A DNA stretch of 64,000 bases from Eledone cirrhosa (Eukaryota), in assembly GCA_964016885.1 (NCBI GenBank), contig OZ024742.1:7378001-7442000 (forward strand), read 5' to 3'. Both the position numbers and the translations under genes were made by a program. The number at the start of each line of letters is the position of its first letter. Position 1 is the stretch's first letter. This document shows positions 1-11,900 of the stretch, one piece after another. Below the pieces are notes generated by a model. That model had not been told where the DNA came from, made no database searches, and saw only the letters and a program-made list of their open reading frames with translations.

Positions 1-1372
1 TGTCGTTGTTGTTGGAGTGAGTGTTGTTGTAGTTGTTGGGGTGAGTGTTGTTGTTGTTGTTGTTGGAGTGAGTGTTGTTGTTGTTGGTGGTGGGAGTGGT
101 GTTGTTGTTGTTGGAGTGAGTGTTGTTGTTGGAGTGTTGTTGTTGTTGTTGGGGTGAGTGTTGTTGTTGTTGGAGTGAGTGTTGTTGTAGTTGTTGGGGT
201 GAGTGTTGTTGTAGTTGTTGGAGTGAGTGTTGTTGTTGTTGTTGGAGTGAGTGTTGTTGTGGTGGTGGTAGTGGTGTTGTTGGTGGGAGTGGTGTTGTTG
301 CTGGTGGTGGTGGTGGTGTTATTGTTGGTAGTGGTGGTGGTGTTGTTGGAGTGAGTGGTGTTGTTGTTGTTTTGGGAGTGAGTGTTGTTGTTGTTGGAGT
401 GTTGTTGTTGTTGTTGGTGGGAGTGGTGTTGTTGTTGTTGGAGTGAGTGGTGTTGTTGTTGTTGGAGTGAGTGCTGTTGTTGTTGTTGGTGGGAGTGGTG
501 TTGTTGTTGTTGGAGTGAGTGTTGTTGTTGGAGTGTTGTTGTTGTTGTTGGTGGGAGTGGTGTTGTTGCTGGTGATGGTGGTGGTGTTATTGTTGGTGGT
601 GGTAGTGGTGGTGGTGTTGTTGGAGTGAGTGGTGTTGTTGTTGTTTTGGGAGTGAATGTTGTTGTTGTTGGAGTGTTGTTGTTGTTGGTGGTGGGAGTGG
701 TGTTGTTGTTGTTGGAGTGAGTGCTGTTGTTGTTGTTGGTGGGAGTGGTGTTGTTGTTGTTGGAGTGAGTGTTGTTGTTGGAGTGTTGTTGTTGTTGTTG
801 GTGGGAGTGGTGTTGTTGCTGGTGATGGTGGTGGTGTTATTGTTGGTGGTGGTAGTGGTGGTGGTGTTGTTGGAGTGAGTGGTGTTGTTGTTGTTTTGGG
901 AGTGAATGTTGTTGTTGTTGGAGTGTTGTTGTTGTTGGTGGTGGGAGTGGTGTTGTTGTTGTTGGAGTGAGTGCTGTTGTTGTTGTTGGTGGGAGTGGTG
1001 TTGTTGTTGTTGGAGTGAGTGTTGTTGTTGGAGTGTTGTTGTTGTTGTTGGTGGGAGTGGTGTTGTTGCTGGTGATGGTGGTGGTGTTATTGTTGGTGGT
1101 GGTAGTGGTGGTGGTGTTGTTGGAGTGAGTGGTGTTGTTGTTGTTTTGGGAGTGAATGTTGTTGTTGTTGGAGTGTTGTTGTTGTTGGTGGTGGGAGTGG
1201 TGTTGTTGTTGTTGGAGTGAGTGGTGTTGTTGTTGTTGTTGGAGTGAGTGTTGTTGTTGTTGTTGGTGGGAGTGGTGTTGTTGTTGTTGGAGTGAGTGTT
1301 GTTGTTGTTGTTGGGGTGAGTGTTGTTGTTGTTGTTGGAGTGAGTGTTGTTGTTGTTGGAGTGAGTGTTGTT
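1..1372. repeat. (GTT)n-based low-complexity repeat interspersed with GGAGTGAGT / GGTGGGAGTGG / (GGT)n motifs; extends beyond left window edge
   Basis: The + strand is almost entirely G and T, with runs of GTT separated by recurring GGAGTGAGT-type motifs. C is nearly absent. Translations are homopolymeric (poly-V/C/L on +, poly-N/T/Q on -). Confidence 0.95.
445..1223. repeat. ~3.1 apparently identical tandem copies of a 250-bp unit within the GTT tract
   Basis: Rare motifs recur at exactly 250-bp spacing: GTGCTG at 471/721/971, GGTGATGG at 571/821/1071, AGTGAATG at 651/901/1151. ORFs at 656 and 906 are identical, and a third starts at 1156. Confidence 0.92.
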
Positions 1373-1445
1373 ATCGTTATTTATGAGATTATTTCCATAT
1401 TTCACTACCATATATATTGTCGATATTGTCTGTTATATAGTTCAG
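1373..1445. other. Short unique AT-rich linker between the GTT tract and the 30-bp satellite
   Basis: This is the only non-repetitive sequence in the window (TATCGTTATTTATGAGATTATTTCCATATTTCACTACCATATATATTGTCGATATTGTCTGTTATATAGTTCAG). Its right end grades into degenerate monomer sequence. Confidence 0.85.
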
Positions 1446-3299
1446 TGTCTATAACTGTCATAGTTTCTATGACTTTCTCTGTAACTGTCATAGTTTCTAC
1501 GCCATTCTCTATTACTGTCATAGTTTCTATGACTTTCTCTGTAACTGTCATAGTTTCTATGACATTCTCCGTAACTGTCATAGTTTCTACGACTTTCTCT
1601 GTAACTGCCATATTTTCTACGACTTTCTCTGTAACTGTCATAGTTTCTATGACTTTCTCTGTAACTGTTATAGTTTCTATGACTTTCTCTGTAACTGTCA
1701 TAGTTTCTATGACTTTCTCAGTAACTGTCATAGTTTCTACGACTTTCTCTGTCACTGTCATAGTTTCTATGACTTTCTCTATAACTGTCATAATTTCTAT
1801 GACTTTCTCTATAACTGTCATAGTTTCTACGATATTCTATGTAACTGTCATAGTTTCTACGACTTTCTCTGTAACTGTCATAGATTCTACGACATTCTCT
1901 GTAACTATCATAGTTTCTACGACATTCTCTGTAACTGTCATAGTTTCTATGACTTTCCCTATAACTGTCATAGTTTCTACGACTTTCTCTGTAACTGTCA
2001 TAGTTTCTACGACTTTCCCTATAACTGTCATAGTTTCTACGACTTTCTCTGTAACTGTCATAGTTTCTACGACTTTCTCTGTAACTGTCATAGTTTCTAC
2101 GACTTTCCCTATAACTGTCATAGTTTCTACGACTTTCTCTGTAACTGTCATAGTTTCTACAACTTTCCCTATAACTGTCATAGTTTCTACGATTTTCTCT
2201 GTAACTGTCATAGTTTCTACGACTTTCTCTGTAACTGTCATAGTTTCTACGACTTTCCCTATAACTGTCATAGTTTCTACGACTTTCTCTGTAACTGTCA
2301 TAGTTTCTACGACTTTCTCTGTAACTATCATAGTTTCTACGACTTTCTCTATAACTGTCATAGTTTCTACGACTTTCTCTGTAACTGTCATAGTTTCTAC
2401 GACTTTCTCTGTAACTGTCATAGTTTCTACGACTTTCTCAGTAACTGTCATAGTTTCTATGACTTTCTCTATAACTGTCATAGTTTCTACGACTTTCTCT
2501 GTAACTGTCATAGTTTCTACGACTTTCTCTGTAACTGTCATAGTTTCTATGATTTTCTCTGTAACTGTCATAGTTTCTACGACTTTCTCTGTAACTGTCA
2601 TAGTTTCTATGACTTTCCCTATAACTGTCATAGTTTCTATGACTTTCTCTGTAACTGTCATAGTTTCTATGACTTTCTCTGTAACTTTCATAGGTTCTAC
2701 GACTTTCTCTGTAACTGTCATAGTGTCTACGACATTCTCTGTAACTGTCATAGTTTCTACGACTTTCTCTGTAACTGTCATAGTTTCTATGACATTCTCT
2801 GTAACTGTCGTAGTTTCTATGACTTTCTCTGTAACTGTCATAGTTTCTACGACTTTCTCTGTAACTGTCATAGTTTCTATGACTTTCTCTATAACTGTCA
2901 TAGTTTCTATGACTTTCTCTGTAACTGTCATAGTTCCTTTCTCTGTAACTGTCATAGTTTCTACGACTTTCTCTGTAACTTTCATAGTTTCTACGACTTT
3001 CTCTGTAACTGTCATAGTTTCTATGACATTCTCTGTAACTGTCGTAGTTTCTATGACTTTCTCTGTAACTGTCATAGTTTCTACGACTTTCTCTGTAACT
3101 GTCATAGTTTCTATGACTTTCTCTGTAACTTTCACAGTTTCTACCACTTTGTCTGTAACTCTCATAGTTTCTATGACTTTCTCTATAACTGTCATAGTTT
3201 CTATGACTTTCTCTGTAACTTTCATAGTTTCTATGACTTTCTCTATAACTGTCATAGTTTCTATGACTTTCTCTGTAACTGTCATAGTTCCTTTCTCTG

Positions 3300-5940
3300 T
3301 AACTGTCATAGTTTCTACGACTTTCTCTGTAACTTTCATAGTTTCTACGACTTTCTCTGTAACTGTCATAGTTTCTATGACATTCTCTGTAACTGTCGTA
3401 GTTTCTATGACTTTCTCTGTAACTGTCATAGTTTCTACGACTTTCTCTGTAACTGTCATAGTTTCTATGACTTTCTCTGTAACTGTCACATTTTCTACGA
3501 CTTTCTCTGTAACTGTCATAGTTTCTACGACTTTCCCTATAACAGTCATAGTTTCTACGACTTTCTCTGTAACTGTCATAGTTTCTACGACTTTCCCTAT
3601 AACTGTCATAGTTTCTACGACTTTCTCTGCAACTGTCATAGTTTCTACGACTTTCCCTATAACTGTCATAGTTTCTAAGACTTTCTCTGTAACTGTCATA
3701 GTTTCTATGACTTTCTCTGTAACTGTCATAGTTTCTACGACTTTCTCTGTAACTGTCATAGTTTCTACGACTTTCTCTGTAACTGTCATAGTTTCTACGA
3801 CATTCTCTGTAACTGTCATAGTTTCTACGACTTTCCCTATAACTGTCATAGTTTCTACGACTTTTTCTGTTACTGTCATAGTTTCTACGACTTTCCCTAT
3901 AACAGTCATAGTTTCTACGACTTTCTCTGTAACTGTCATAGTTTCTATGACTTTCTCTGTAACTGTCATAGTTTCTACGACTTTCCCTATAACAGTCATA
4001 GTTTCTACGACTTTCTCTGTAACTGTCATAGTTTCTATGACTTTCTCTAAAACTGTCATAGTTTCTACGACATTCTCTGTAACTGTCATAGTTTCTACGA
4101 CTTTCTCTGTAACTGTCATAGTTTCTATGACTTTCTCTGTAACTGTCATAGTTTCTACGACATTCTCTGTAACTGTCATAGTTTCTATGATTTTCTCTGT
4201 AACTGTCATAGTTTCTACGACATTCTCTATAACTGTCATAGTTTCTACGACTTTCTCTGTAACTGTCATAGTTTCTACGACATTTTCTGTAACTGTCATA
4301 GTTTCTACGACTTTCCCTATAAATGTCATAGGTTCTACGACTTTCTCTGTAACTGTCATAGTTTCGACGACTTTCTCTGTAACTGTCATAGTTTCTACGA
4401 CTTTCCCCATAACAGTCATAGTTTCTACGACTTTCTCTGTAACTGTCATAGTTTCTATGACTTTCTCTGTAACTGTCATAGTTTCTACGACTTTCTCTGT
4501 AACTGTCATATTTTCTACGACTTTCTCTGAAACTGTCACATTTTCTACGACTTTCTCTGTAACTGTCATAGTTTCTACGACTTTCCCTATAACAGTCATA
4601 GTTTCTACGACTTTCTCTGTAACTGTCATAGTTTCTACGACTTTCCCTATAACTGTCATAGTTTCTACGACTTTCTCTGCAACTGTCATATTTTCTACGA
4701 CTTTCTCTGTAACTTTCATAGTTTCTACGACTTTCTCTGTAACTGTCATAGTTTCTATGACATTCTCTGTAACTGTCGTAGTTTCTATGACTTTCTCTGT
4801 AACTGTCATAGTTTCTACGACTTTCTCTGTAACTGTCATAGTTTCTATGACTTTCTCTGTAACTGTCACATTTTCTACGACTTTCTCTGTAACTGTCATA
4901 GTTTCTACGACTTTCCCTATAACAGTCATAGTTTCTACGACTTTCTCTGTAACTGTCATAGTTTCTACGACTTTTCCTATAACTGTCATAGTTTCTACGA
5001 CTTTCTCTGCAACTGTCATAGTTTCTACGACTTTCCCTATAACTGTCATAGTTTCTAAGACTTTCTCTGTAACTGTCATAGTTTCTATGACTTTCTCTGT
5101 AACTGTCATAGTTTCTACGACTTTCTCTGTAACTGTCATAGTTTCTACGACTTTCTCTGTAACTGTCATAGTTTCTACGACATTCTCTGTAACTGTCATA
5201 GTTTCTACGACTTTCCCTATAACTGTCATAGTTTCTACGACTTTTTCTGTTACTGTCATAGTTTCTACGACTTTCTCTGTAACTGTCATAGTTTCTACGA
5301 CTTTCCCTATAACAGTCATAGTTTCTACGACTTTCTCTGTAACTGTCATAGTTTCTATGACTTTCTCTGTAACTGTCATAGTTTCTACGACTTTCCCTAT
5401 AACAGTCATAGTTTCTACGACTTTCTCTGTAACTGTCATAGTTTCTATGACTTTCTCTAAAACTGTCATAGTTTCTACGACATTCTCTGTAACTGTCATA
5501 GTTTCTACGACTTTCTCTGTAACTGTCATAGTTTCTATGACTTTCTCTGTAACTGTCATAGTTTCTACGACATTCTCTGTAACTGTCATAGTTTCTATGA
5601 TTTTCTCTGTAACTGTCATAGTTTCTACGACATTCTCTATAACTGTCATAGTTTCTACGACTTTCTCTGTAACTGTCATAGTTTCTACGACATTTTCTGT
5701 AACTGTCATAGTTTCTACGACTTTCCCTATAAATGTCATAGGTTCTACGACTTTCTCTGTAACTGTCATAGTTTCGACGACTTTCTCTGTAACTGTCATA
5801 GTTTCTACGACTTTCCCCATAACAGTCATAGTTTCTACGACTTTCTCTGTAACTGTCATAGTTTCTATGACTTTCTCTGTAACTGTCATAGTTTCTACGA
5901 CTTTCTCTGTAACTGTCATATTTTCTACGACTTTCTCTGA
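3300..5940. repeat. Higher-order duplication, period 1380-1410 bp (46-47 monomers), ~2 copies
   Basis: Rare variants pair up: AACTGTCACATTTTC 3481/4861, GTTTCTAAGA 3671/5051 (1380 bp), CTTTCTCTAAAAC 4041/5451 (1410 bp). Boundaries approximate. Confidence 0.8.
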
Positions 5941-5949
5941 AACTGTCAT

Positions 5950-8900
5950 AGTTTCTATGATTTTCTCTGTAACTGTCATAGTTTCTACGACATTCTCTAT
6001 AACTGTCATAGTTTCTACGAATTTCTCTGTAACTGTCATAGTTTCTACGACTTTCTCTGTAACTGTCATAGTTTCTACGACTTTCTCTGTAACTGTCATA
6101 GTTTCTATGATTTTCTCTGTAACTGTCATAGTTTCTACGACATTCTCTATAACTGTCATAGTTTCTACGACTTTCTCTGTAACTGTCATAGTTTCTATGA
6201 CTTTCTCTATAACTGTCATAGTTTCTACGACTTTCTCTGTAAGTGTCATAGTTTCTACGACATTCTCTATAAGTGTCATAGTTTCTACGACTTTCTCTGT
6301 AGCTGTCATAGTTTCTACGACATCCTCTGTAACTGTCATAGTTTCTACGACATTCTCTGTAACTGACATAGTTTCTACGACTTTCTCTGTAACTGTCATA
6401 GTTTCTACGACTTTCTCTGTAACTGTCATAGTTTCTACGACTTTCCCTATAAATGTCATAGTTTCTACGACTTTCTCTGTAACTGTCATAGGTTCTACGA
6501 CATTGTCTGTAACTGTCATAGTTTCTACAACTTTCTCTGTAACTGTCATAGTTTCTACGACTTTCCCTATAACTGTCATAGTTTCTACGACTTTCTCTGT
6601 AACTGTCATAGTTTCTATGACTTTCGCTGTAACTGTCATAGTTTCTACGGCTTTCTCTGTAACTGTCATAGTTTCTACGACTTTCTCTGTAACTGTCATA
6701 GTTTCTATGACTTTCTCTGTAACTGTCATAGTTTCTATGACTTTCTCTGTAACTGTCATAGTTTCTACGGCTTTCTCTGTAACTGTCATAGTTTCTACGA
6801 CTTTCTCTGAAACTGTCATAGTTTCTATGACTTTCTCTGTAACTGTCATAGTTTCTATGACTTTCTCTGTAACTGTCATAGTTTCTACGACTTTCTCTGT
6901 AACTGTCATAGTTTCTACGACTTTCTCTGTAACTGTTATAATAGTTTCTATGACTTTCTCTGTAACTGTCATAGTTTCTACGACTTTCTCTGTAACTGTC
7001 ATATTTTCTACGACTTTCTCTGTAACTGTCATAGTTTCTATGACTTTCTCTATAACTGTCATAGTTTCTACGACTTTCTCTGTAACTGTCATTGTTTCTA
7101 CGACTTTCTCTGTAACTGTCATAGTTTCTATGATTTTCTCTGTAACTGTCATAGTTTCTACGACTTTCTCTGTAACTGTCATAGTTTCTATGACTTTCTC
7201 TGTAACTGTCATAGTTTCTACGACTTTCTCTGTAACTGTCATAGTTTCTATGACTTTCTCTATAACTGTCATAGTTTCTATGACTTTCTCTGTAGCTGTC
7301 ATAGTTTCTACGACATTCTCTGTAACTGTCATAGTTTCTACGACTTTCTCTGTAACTGTCATAGTTTCTACGACTTTCTCTGTAACTGTCATAGTTTCTA
7401 TGACTTTCTCTGTAACTGTCATAGTTTCTACGACGTTCTCTGTAACTGTGAGAGTTTCTATGATTTTCTCTGTAACTGCCATAGTTTCTACGACTTTCTT
7501 TGTAACTGTCATAGTTTCTACGACTTTCTCTGTAACTGTCAGAGTGTCTACGACTTTCTCTGTAACTGTCATAGTTTCTACGATATTTTCTGTAACTGTC
7601 ATAGTTTCTACGACTTTCCCTATAAATGTCATAGTTTCTACGACTTTCTCTGTAACTGTCATAGTTTCGACGACTTTCTCTGTAACTGTCATAGTTTCTA
7701 CGACTTTCCCCATAACAGTCATAGTTTCTACGACTTTCTCTGTAACTGTCATAGTTTCTATGACTTTCTCTATAACTGTCATAGTTTCTACGACTTTCTC
7801 TGTAACTGTCATAGTTTCTATGACTTTCTCTATAACTGTCATAGTTTCTACGACTTTCTCTGTAATTGTCATAGTTTCTACGACTTTCTCTGTAACTGTC
7901 ATAGTTTCTACGACATTCTCTGTAACTGTCATAGTTTCTACGACTTTCTCTATAACAGTCATAGTTTCTACGACTTTCTCTGTATCTGTCATAGTTTCTA
8001 TGACTTTCTCTGTAACTGTCATAGTTTCTACGACTTTCTCTGTAACTGTCATAGTTTCTATGACTTTCTCTGTAACTGTCATAGTTTCTACGACTTTCTC
8101 TGTAACTGTCATAGTTTCTACGACTTTCTCTGAAACTGTCATAGTTTCTACGACTTTCTCTGTAACTTTCATAGTTTCTATGACTTTCTCTATAACTCAT
8201 AGTTTCTACGACTTTCTCTGTAACTGTCATAGTTTCTATGATTTTCTCTGTAACTGTCATAGTTTCTACGACATTCTCTATAACTGTCATAGTTTCTACG
8301 AATTTCTCTGTAACTGTCATAGTTTCTACGACTTTCTCTGTAACTGTCATAGTTTCTACGACTTTCTCTGTAACTGTCATAGTTTCTATGATTTTCTCTG
8401 TAACTGTCATAGTTTCTACGACATTCTCTATAACTGTCATAGTTTCTACGACTTTCTCTGTAACTGTCATAGTTTCTATGACTTTCTCTATAACTGTCAT
8501 AGTTTCTACGACTTTCTCTGTAACTGTCATAGTTTCTACGACATTCTCTATAATTGTCTTATTTTCTACGACTTTCTCTGTAACTGTCATAGTTTCTACG
8601 ACTTTCTCTATAACTGTCATAGTTTCTACGATTTTCTCTGTAACTGTCATAGTTTCTACGACTTTCTCTATAACTGTCATAGTTTCTACGATTTTCTCTG
8701 TAACTGTCATAGTTTCTACGACTTTCTCTGTAACTGTCATAGTTTCTACGACTTTCCCTATAACTGTCATAGTTTCTACGACTTTCTCTGTAACTGTCAT
8801 AGTTTCTACGATTTTCTCTGTAACTGTCATAGTTTCTACGACTTTCCCTATAACTGTCATAGTTTCTACGACTTTCTCTGTAACTGTCATAGGTTCTACG

Positions 8901-11900
8901 ACATTGTCTGTAACTGTCATAGTTTCTACAACTTTCTCTGTAACTGTCATAGTTTCTACGACTTTCCCTATAACTGTCATAGTTTCTACGACATTCTCTG
9001 TAACTGTCATAGTTTCTATGACTTTCTCTATAACTGTCATAGTTTCTACGACTTTCTCTGTAACTGTCATAGTTTCTATGACTTTCGCTGTAACTGTCAT
9101 AGTTTCTACGGCTTTCTCTGTAACTGTCATAGTTTCTACGACTTTCTCTGTAACTGTCATAGTTTCTATGACTTTCTCTGTAACTGTCATAGTTTCTATG
9201 ACTTTCTCTGTAACTGTCATAGTTTCTACGGCTTTCTCTGTAACTGTCATAGTTTCTACGACTTTCTCTGAAACTGTCATAGTTTCTATGACTTTCTCTG
9301 TAACTGTCATAGTTTCTATGACTTTCTCTGTAACTGTCATAGTTTCTACGACTTTCTCTGTAACTGTCATAGTTTCTACGACTTTCTCTGTAACTGTTAT
9401 AATAGTTTCTATGACTTTCTCTGTAACTGTCATAGTTTCTACGACTTTCTCTGTAACTGTCATATTTTCTACGACTTTCTCTGTAACTGTCATAGTTTCT
9501 ATGACTTTCTCTATAACTGTCATAGTTTCTACGACTTTCTCTGTAACTATCATTGTTTCTACGACTTTCTCTGTAACTGTCATAGTTTCTATGATTTTCT
9601 CTATAACTGTCATAGTTTCTACGACTTTCTCTGTAACTGTCATAGCTTCTATGACTTTCTCTGTAACTGTCATAGTTTCTACGACTTTCTCTGTAACTGT
9701 CATAGTTTCTATGACTTTCTCTATAACTGTCATAGTTTCTATGACTTTCTCTGTAGCTGTCATAGTTTCTACGACATTCTCTGTAACTGTCATAGTTTCT
9801 ACGACTTTCTCTGTAACTGTCATAGTTTCTACGACTTTCTCTGTAACTGTCATAGTTTCTATGACTTTCTCTGTAACTGTCATAGTTTCTATGACTTTCT
9901 CTATAACTGTCATAGTTTCTACGACGTTCTCTGTAACTGTGAGAGTTTCTATGATTTTCTCTGTAACTGCCATAGTTTCTACGACTTTCTTTGTAACTGT
10001 CATAGTTTCTACGACTTTCTCTGTAACTGTCAGAGTGTCTACGACTTTCTCTGTAACTGTCATAGTTTCTACGATATTTTCTGTAACTGTCATAGTTTCT
10101 ACGACTTTCCCTATAAATGTCATAGTTTCTACGACTTTCTCTGTAACTGTCATAGTTTCGACGACTTTCTCTGTAACTGTCATAGTTTCTACGACTTTCC
10201 CCATAACAGTCATAGTTTCTACGACTTTCTCTGTAACTGTCATAGTTTCTATGACTTTCTCTATAACTGTCATAGTTTCTACGACTTTCTCTGTAATTGT
10301 CATAGTTTCTACGACTTTCTCTGTAACTGTCATAGTTTCTACGACATTCTCTGTAACTGTCATAGTTTCTACGACTTTCTCTATAACAGTCATAGTTTCT
10401 ACGACTTTCTCTATATCTGTCATAGTTTCTATGACTTTCTCTGTAACTGTCATAGTTTCTACGACTTTCTCTGTAACTGTCATAGTTTCTATGACTTTCT
10501 CTGTAACTGTCATAGTTTCTACGACTTTCTCTGTAACTGTCATAGTTTCTACGACTTTCTCTGAAACTGTCATAGTTTCTACGACTTTCTCTGTAACTTT
10601 CATAGTTTCTATGACTTTCTCTATAACTCATAGTTTCTACGACTTTCTCTGTAACTGTCATAGTTTCTATGATTTTCTCTGTAACTGTCATAGTTTCTAC
10701 GACATTCTCTATAACTGTCATAGTTTCTACGAATTTCTCTGTAACTGTCATAGTTTCTACGACTTTCTCTGTAACTGTCATAGTTTCTATGATTTTCTCT
10801 GTAACTGTCATAGTTTCTACGACATTCTCTATAACTGTCATAGTTTCTACGACTTTCTCTGTAACTGTCATAGTTTCTATGACTTTCTCTATAACTGTCA
10901 TAGTTTCTACGACTTTCTCTGTAACTGTCATAGTTTCTACGACATTCTCTATAATTGTCATAGTTTCTACGACTTTCTCTGTAACTGTCATAGTTTCTAC
11001 GACTTTCTCTATAACTGTCATAGTTTCTACGATTTTCTCTGTAACTGTCATAGTTTCTACGACTTTCTCTATAACTGTCATAGTTTCTACGATTTTCTCT
11101 GTAACTGTCATAGTTTCTACGACTTTCTCTGTAACTGTCATAGTTTCTACGACTTTCCCTATAACTGTCATAGTTTCTACGACATTCTCTGTAACTGTCA
11201 TAGTTTCTACGACTTTCTCTGTAACTGTCATAGTTTCTACGATTTTCTCTGTAACTGTCATAGTTTCTACGACTTTCCCTATAACTGTCATAGTTTCTAC
11301 GACTTTCTCTGTAACTGTCATAGGTTCTACGACATTGTCTGTAACTGTCATAGTTTCTACAACTTTCTCTGTAACTGTCATAGTTTCTACGACTTTCCCT
11401 ATAACTGTCATAGTTTCTACGACATTCTCTGTAACTGTCATAATTTCTATGACTTTCTCTATAACTGTCATAGTTTCTACGACTTTCTCTGTAACTGTCA
11501 TAGTTTCTATGACTTTCGCTGTAACTGTCATAGTTTCTACGGCTTTCTCTGTAACTGTCATAGTTTCTACGACTTTCTCTGTAACTGTCATAGTTTCTAT
11601 GACTTTCTCTGTAACTGTCATAGTTTCTATGACTTTCTCTGTAACTGTCATAGTTTCTACGGCTTTCTCTGTAACTGTCATAGTTTCTACGACTTTCTCT
11701 GAAACTGTCATAGTTTCTATGACTTTCTCTGTAACTGTCATAGTTTCTATGACTTTCTCTGTAACTGTCATAGTTTCTACGACTTTCTCTGTAACTGTCA
11801 TAGTTTCTACGACTTTCTCTGTAACTGTTATAATAGTTTCTATGACTTTCTCTGTAACTGTCATAGTTTCTACGACTTTCTCTGTAACTGTCATATTTTC

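Noticed and set aside
1-1372. Telomeric repeat or strong G-quadruplex array
   Set aside because: No fixed short telomeric unit, and G-runs are mostly only GG with scattered GGG/GGGG, so at most weak two-tier G4 potential.
120-1411. Cys-rich, poly-Val and poly-Asn/Thr/Gln small ORFs
   Set aside because: These are translations of (GTT)n/(AAC)n low complexity. The 250-bp unit is not a multiple of 3, so the frame is not preserved between copies.
1373-1445. Promoter/TATA-like signals (TATATA) in the linker
   Set aside because: Expected by chance in AT-rich DNA, with no supported downstream gene.
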